Under the pieces are notes generated by a model. That model did no database searches. It was not told the origin of the DNA and saw only the letters and a program-made list of their open reading frames with translations. A DNA stretch of 64,000 bases from an uncultured delta proteobacterium (lineage in GTDB: Bacteria > Myxococcota > Myxococcia > Myxococcales > Myxococcaceae): positions 32,001 through 96,000 of the forward strand of contig CAWCKH010000001.1 of assembly GCA_963796055.1 (NCBI GenBank), written 5' to 3'. Shown here one piece after another: positions 60,368 to 64,000 of this stretch (its first letter is position 1; each line of letters begins with the position of its first letter). A program made the position numbers and the translations under genes.

Positions 60368-61240
60368 ATGGCCGAGTACTTGGTCGCCGGGGTGACCGGG
60401 CACACAGGATCGATGGTCGCCCAGACGCTGCTGGACAGCGGGCGAAAGGTCCGGGTGCTGGTCCGGGACCCGCACAAGGCGGAACGCTGGAAGAAGCGCG
60501 GGGCGCACGTCGGGCAGGGCGACCTCTCCAGTGCGCACGACCTTCTGAACGCGCTGCGTGGAACCGAGGCCGCGTACCTCATCGTCCCCCCGTTCCCGCC
60601 GAATACCACCGGTGTCCGCGGCAAGGCGAAGAAGATGATCGACGCGATGGTGCAAGCCATCGGCGGAACGGATGTCAAGCACGTGGTCTTCGTCTCCTCC
60701 CAGGGTGCTCAGCACGCGGAGGGGACCGGGCCGGTGGTGCTGCTGCACGACGCCGAGCAGGAGCTGCGCACGCTGAAGACTCCGGTGACCTTCCTCCGCC
60801 CCTGCTTCTTCATGGAGAACTGGGCCCCCATGCTCCCCGACGCGAAGGAGGGGCTGCTCAACACCTTTCTCCCGCCGGAGATGAAGTGGCCACACGTCGC
60901 GACGCACGACGTGGGCCAGACGGCGGCGCACCTCCTGCTCGAGCACCCGAAGCAGCACCGGGTGGTCGAGCTCTCCGGCCCCGAGGACGCGGGACCGGCG
61001 GACGTCGCCCGTGTGCTCTCCAAGCTCCTGGAGACCGAGGTCGAGCCGGTGGTCGAGCCGCTGGACCAGGCCACCGAGGCATTCAAGGCGATGGGCTTTT
61101 CGCCCGAGCTCGCCGGGATGTACCAGCACCTCTACGAGGGCCTCGCCTCGCGCCGCATCGCCCCGGAGCACCCCGAGACGGTGGTCCGGGGGAAGGAGAC
61201 GCTGGAGCAAGCGCTCGCGGCGATGCTGGCGAAGCTGTAG
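60368..61240 (+). CDS. NmrA-family NAD(P)-binding protein
   Basis: GGAGG RBS; LVAGVTGHTG, LRPCFFMEN, VATHDVG, ELSGP. Confidence 0.9.
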   Translation: MAEYLVAGVTGHTGSMVAQTLLDSGRKVRVLVRDPHKAERWKKRGAHVGQGDLSSAHDLLNALRGTEAAYLIVPPFPPNTTGVRGKAKKMIDAMVQAIGGTDVKHVVFVSSQGAQHAEGTGPVVLLHDAEQELRTLKTPVTFLRPCFFMENWAPMLPDAKEGLLNTFLPPEMKWPHVATHDVGQTAAHLLLEHPKQHRVVELSGPEDAGPADVARVLSKLLETEVEPVVEPLDQATEAFKAMGFSPELAGMYQHLYEGLASRRIAPEHPETVVRGKETLEQALAAMLAKL

Positions 61241-61246
61241 CGGTGG

Positions 61247-62755
61247 TCAGGCCTCGGTGGTGGCGAAGGGACGCCACTTCTCGGGGGCAGGGGCCGGGGT
61301 GAAGAGGCTGACCGCCACCAGCGAGACCACCGACACCAGCAGGGCGGGGAAGATGGCGTCGCGTGCGAGCCAGCTCTCGGGGAGCACGGTGGGGCGGTGC
61401 GCCTGGAGCGCCAGCTGCTGGAGGTTCCAGAAGATGGTGATCGCCGTGCCGGCGAGGATGCAGACCACCGCTCCGGCGGCGGTCGCCCGGCGCCAGAAGA
61501 AGGCGGCCAGGACCACCGGAGTGATGGCTGCCGAGTACACGGTATAGGCGTACAGCGACATGGCGAGGATGGACTCGCTCACCGTGCCCTGCAGGAGCGC
61601 GAAGAGCCCCAGCACGACGATGAGCACCCGGGAGACGCGCAGGACTGACCGGTCGGGGGCCTGCGGGTTCACGAACCGGAGGTAGACGTCGTTGACCAGG
61701 TTGGTGGCCGGGGAGAACAGGTAGTTGTTCGCGGTGGAGATGACCTTGGCGAAGATCGCCCCGACCAGGATCGCCCCCAGCAGCGAAGGCATCGCGTTGC
61801 GCGCGGTGTAGGGGATGATCTCCCGCGCCTTGATTCCCGGGGTGTGGAGGAAGAGGGCGGCGCCGAGCACGGCGATGGCCACGATCAGGATCTCCAGCAG
61901 CACCGTGCCGCCGAGCCAGAAGACCACCGACAGCCTCGCGTCGCGCTCGGTCCGGGCGCTGAAGAACTTCTGGTAGATGCTCTGGTTTCCCAGCAGGAGT
62001 AGCATGGTGGGGACCAGCAGCTCCATGGCCCGGACGAAGCCGCCGCCCGAGCCGCCGAAGAGGCCGAAGGGCTGGAAGTACTCGGGCGGGAGCGCGGCAT
62101 GGAACCCGCTCCACCCTCCGACGCGGCCGAGGAGGAAGGGCACCGAGAGCAGGGCGGCCACGGTGGTCAGCCCGCCGATGAGCACGTCCATGTACGCGAC
62201 CGAGGCCATCCCGGCGAGCGCGGTGAAGAGCGCCACGAAGACCGCGATGATCACCATCCCCAGCGCGTGCTCCTTCCCCGGGGCGAGGCCGAGCGTTTCC
62301 CGCGCGGTGACGTCGAGACCGGGGAAGATGATGTGGAGGATGTCTCCGCCACCCTTGAACTGGTACGAGGCGATGGCGGTGAAGGCGAAGAGGATCGCCG
62401 TCGCCCCGAGCACCCGGGCCCAGACGTCGTACCGGGTCTCGAGCAGGTCGGGGATGGTGAACTGGGCGAACTTCCGGGCGCGCGGGGCGATGAAGTAGAT
62501 GACCAGCAGCCCGCACCAGCCGCCGGCTCCCTGCCAGAGCGCGGCGAACCCGTTGTGGAAGGCGTTCTCGGCTCCGGCGAAGAGCGAGCCCGAGCCGATC
62601 CACGACGAGAGCAGGGTGAACACCAGGACGTACCAGGGCAGGGTGCGGCCGGCGACCAGGTAGTCGGCCTTGGTCCGCGTCTTCCGGACCTGGCTCACGC
62701 TCACCGAGAGCAGGGCGAGGACGATGAGCGCGAGGACCAGCGCGTAGACGTTCAT
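61247..62755 (-). CDS. Sodium:solute symporter family protein
   Basis: DYLVAGR, SWIGSG, TIPDLLETRY, YQKFFSA, ISTAN; about 13 TMs. Confidence 0.92.
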   Translation of the reverse strand: MNVYALVLALIVLALLSVSVSQVRKTRTKADYLVAGRTLPWYVLVFTLLSSWIGSGSLFAGAENAFHNGFAALWQGAGGWCGLLVIYFIAPRARKFAQFTIPDLLETRYDVWARVLGATAILFAFTAIASYQFKGGGDILHIIFPGLDVTARETLGLAPGKEHALGMVIIAVFVALFTALAGMASVAYMDVLIGGLTTVAALLSVPFLLGRVGGWSGFHAALPPEYFQPFGLFGGSGGGFVRAMELLVPTMLLLLGNQSIYQKFFSARTERDARLSVVFWLGGTVLLEILIVAIAVLGAALFLHTPGIKAREIIPYTARNAMPSLLGAILVGAIFAKVISTANNYLFSPATNLVNDVYLRFVNPQAPDRSVLRVSRVLIVVLGLFALLQGTVSESILAMSLYAYTVYSAAITPVVLAAFFWRRATAAGAVVCILAGTAITIFWNLQQLALQAHRPTVLPESWLARDAIFPALLVSVVSLVAVSLFTPAPAPEKWRPFATTEA

Positions 62756-62811
62756 GGGGCGGCGGAGCCTAGCCTGGCCCGTGCCGCCGGCGGCGCCCGA
62801 ATCGGTGCGGG

Positions 62812-63366
62812 TCAGCGCGGGGCGTCCACCCGCTCGAAGAAGCGCGCGTAGCGCTCGACCAGGCCGCTCGGGTCCACGTCGATGCGGGCCTGGAACACCG
62901 TCTCCCCGTCGCGGAGGCTCTCGTACAGGTAACCCTGGACCGAGACCCGGGTGTAGCGCTGGCGGAGCGGCTCGACGGTGAGACCCGGAAAGCGGACCCA
63001 GGCGGCGACGAGCTCCGCGCTGTCGCCCACCGGGAGCGCGAGACGGCGGATGGCCGAGGTGTTGGTCGAGGGGGTCATTCCGAGGTCCACATCCAGCGCG
63101 GAGCGGCACGGCTCGACCTCCCGCCCGTTGGCGAACCAGAACCCCGACTCGTCACGACGGAGCTCGAGCCGGCGCGCCCCGTCGCCGTCCTCGACGGCCA
63201 CCTGGGCCATGCGGGTGACCCAGTCCTGGTCGAAGGTCACGCGGTACTCCGCCTTCCACGGTGCCGTCTCCTGCACCTGGACCCGTCCCTCGAAGGTATG
63301 GCCGTCCTCGGTGAACTCCTCGGTCCCGGGAACGTCCAGCCGCCGCCAGTGCCGCACCTGCGTCAT
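62812..63366 (-). CDS. Putative glycolipid-binding domain (DUF1089-like) protein
   Basis: WRRLD.PG.E, DVDLG.TPSTNT.AIRRL, LRQRYTR, GLVERY. Confidence 0.85.
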   Translation of the reverse strand: MTQVRHWRRLDVPGTEEFTEDGHTFEGRVQVQETAPWKAEYRVTFDQDWVTRMAQVAVEDGDGARRLELRRDESGFWFANGREVEPCRSALDVDLGMTPSTNTSAIRRLALPVGDSAELVAAWVRFPGLTVEPLRQRYTRVSVQGYLYESLRDGETVFQARIDVDPSGLVERYARFFERVDAPR

Positions 63367-63702
63367 GGCCTGGATGCTAAGGCACAGGACTCACGGCGGG
63401 CAGGGGCCCGCCTGGGAGCAGCGCGCCGTTGCGCCAGAGCGCGGGCGCCGACGCCCTCGCCGGTCGGCCTCGGGTTGGCGGCGAGGAGCGGGCATCGGGT
63501 GAACTCTCGATGCTCCTCACGGCTCGCTCGGAGCCTTCCGATCGCGGTGGCCGGTCTTGGCCCCGCTGTACCCACCCCCTACATTGTCTCACCTGGCCGG
63601 ACGTGGCCCTCCCGGCCGAGGCGAGCGCGCACAGCGACGACGTGACCCCGACAGCGGCCGCGCCAAGCGGCGCAACGAAACGCCTGGCAGACTTGTCCGG
63701 AA

Positions 63703-64000
63703 TTGAGCCGTCTCCAGCAACTCGCAGCGCGGGCTCGCGCGCTGCTGTCGGCGGACACCGACCAGGCATTGGTCCGCGCGCGGACCGATGGGGAGAAGCT
63801 GGTCGGGATTCTCCGGCTCGCGTTCGTCGTGCTCTTCTCGCTCGTCGCGCTCTTGGGCCTCTCGAGCCGAGCAAGCTGGCGATTCGAGCTGACCCTGATC
63901 GGGGCATCGCTCCTCTATGGATTGGCGATGCTCCTGCTTGCGATCCGTCTTTCTGGCTGGTGGGTGCCGTGGCTCACGACGGGTGTGGATGTGACGCTGG
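63703..64000 (+). CDS. Membrane protein N-terminus, truncated by window edge (possibly a sensor or cyclase)
   Basis: Open frame from TTG: MSRLQQL...GEKLVGILRLAFVVLFSLVALL...WVPWLTTGVDVTL. Confidence 0.55.
   Translation, partial: MSRLQQLAARARALLSADTDQALVRARTDGEKLVGILRLAFVVLFSLVALLGLSSRASWRFELTLIGASLLYGLAMLLLAIRLSGWWVPWLTTGVDVTL

Noticed and set aside
56409..64000. Integrative element or prophage after fusA
   Set aside because: No integrase, transposase, att-like repeat or tRNA seen; genes are ordinary metabolic and regulatory types

Overview
High-GC window that reads as a Myxococcota (Myxococcales-like) chromosome segment; the TIGR02266-type, DUF4388 and exo-type genes support this. It contains: (i) a Wzx/Wzy-type polysaccharide export cluster matching the myxobacterial spore-coat exoA-F order; (ii) a complete ccmABCDEFGH(I) cytochrome c maturation operon, divergent from a wzx flippase, a GT4 glycosyltransferase and two tandem beta-helix paralogs; (iii) thiS-thiG-thiE-like genes led by a ferritin-like diiron gene; (iv) plsB-like, argS, a hybrid kinase, dnaJ and rimI; (v) rpsL-rpsG-fusA with no tuf after it, followed by accessory genes. 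The strongest unannotated signal is a TlpA/thioredoxin-fold lipoprotein at 42929-43414. The ORF track splits it at an in-frame TGA that occupies the first redox position (U-G-V-C) and is followed by a SECIS-like hairpin, so it is probably a selenoprotein. Other signals: five sigma54-type promoters (including a back-to-back ccm/wzx pair), a degenerate REC-GGDEF protein with an intact I-site, a ThiS ending in GGGA, a probable CTG start, a duplicated cis-element upstream of the beta-helix genes, and a ~75-bp tandem repeat upstream of rpsL. I recognised no tRNA, rRNA, CRISPR array or transposase. All family calls come from motif recognition by eye; no database search was run.
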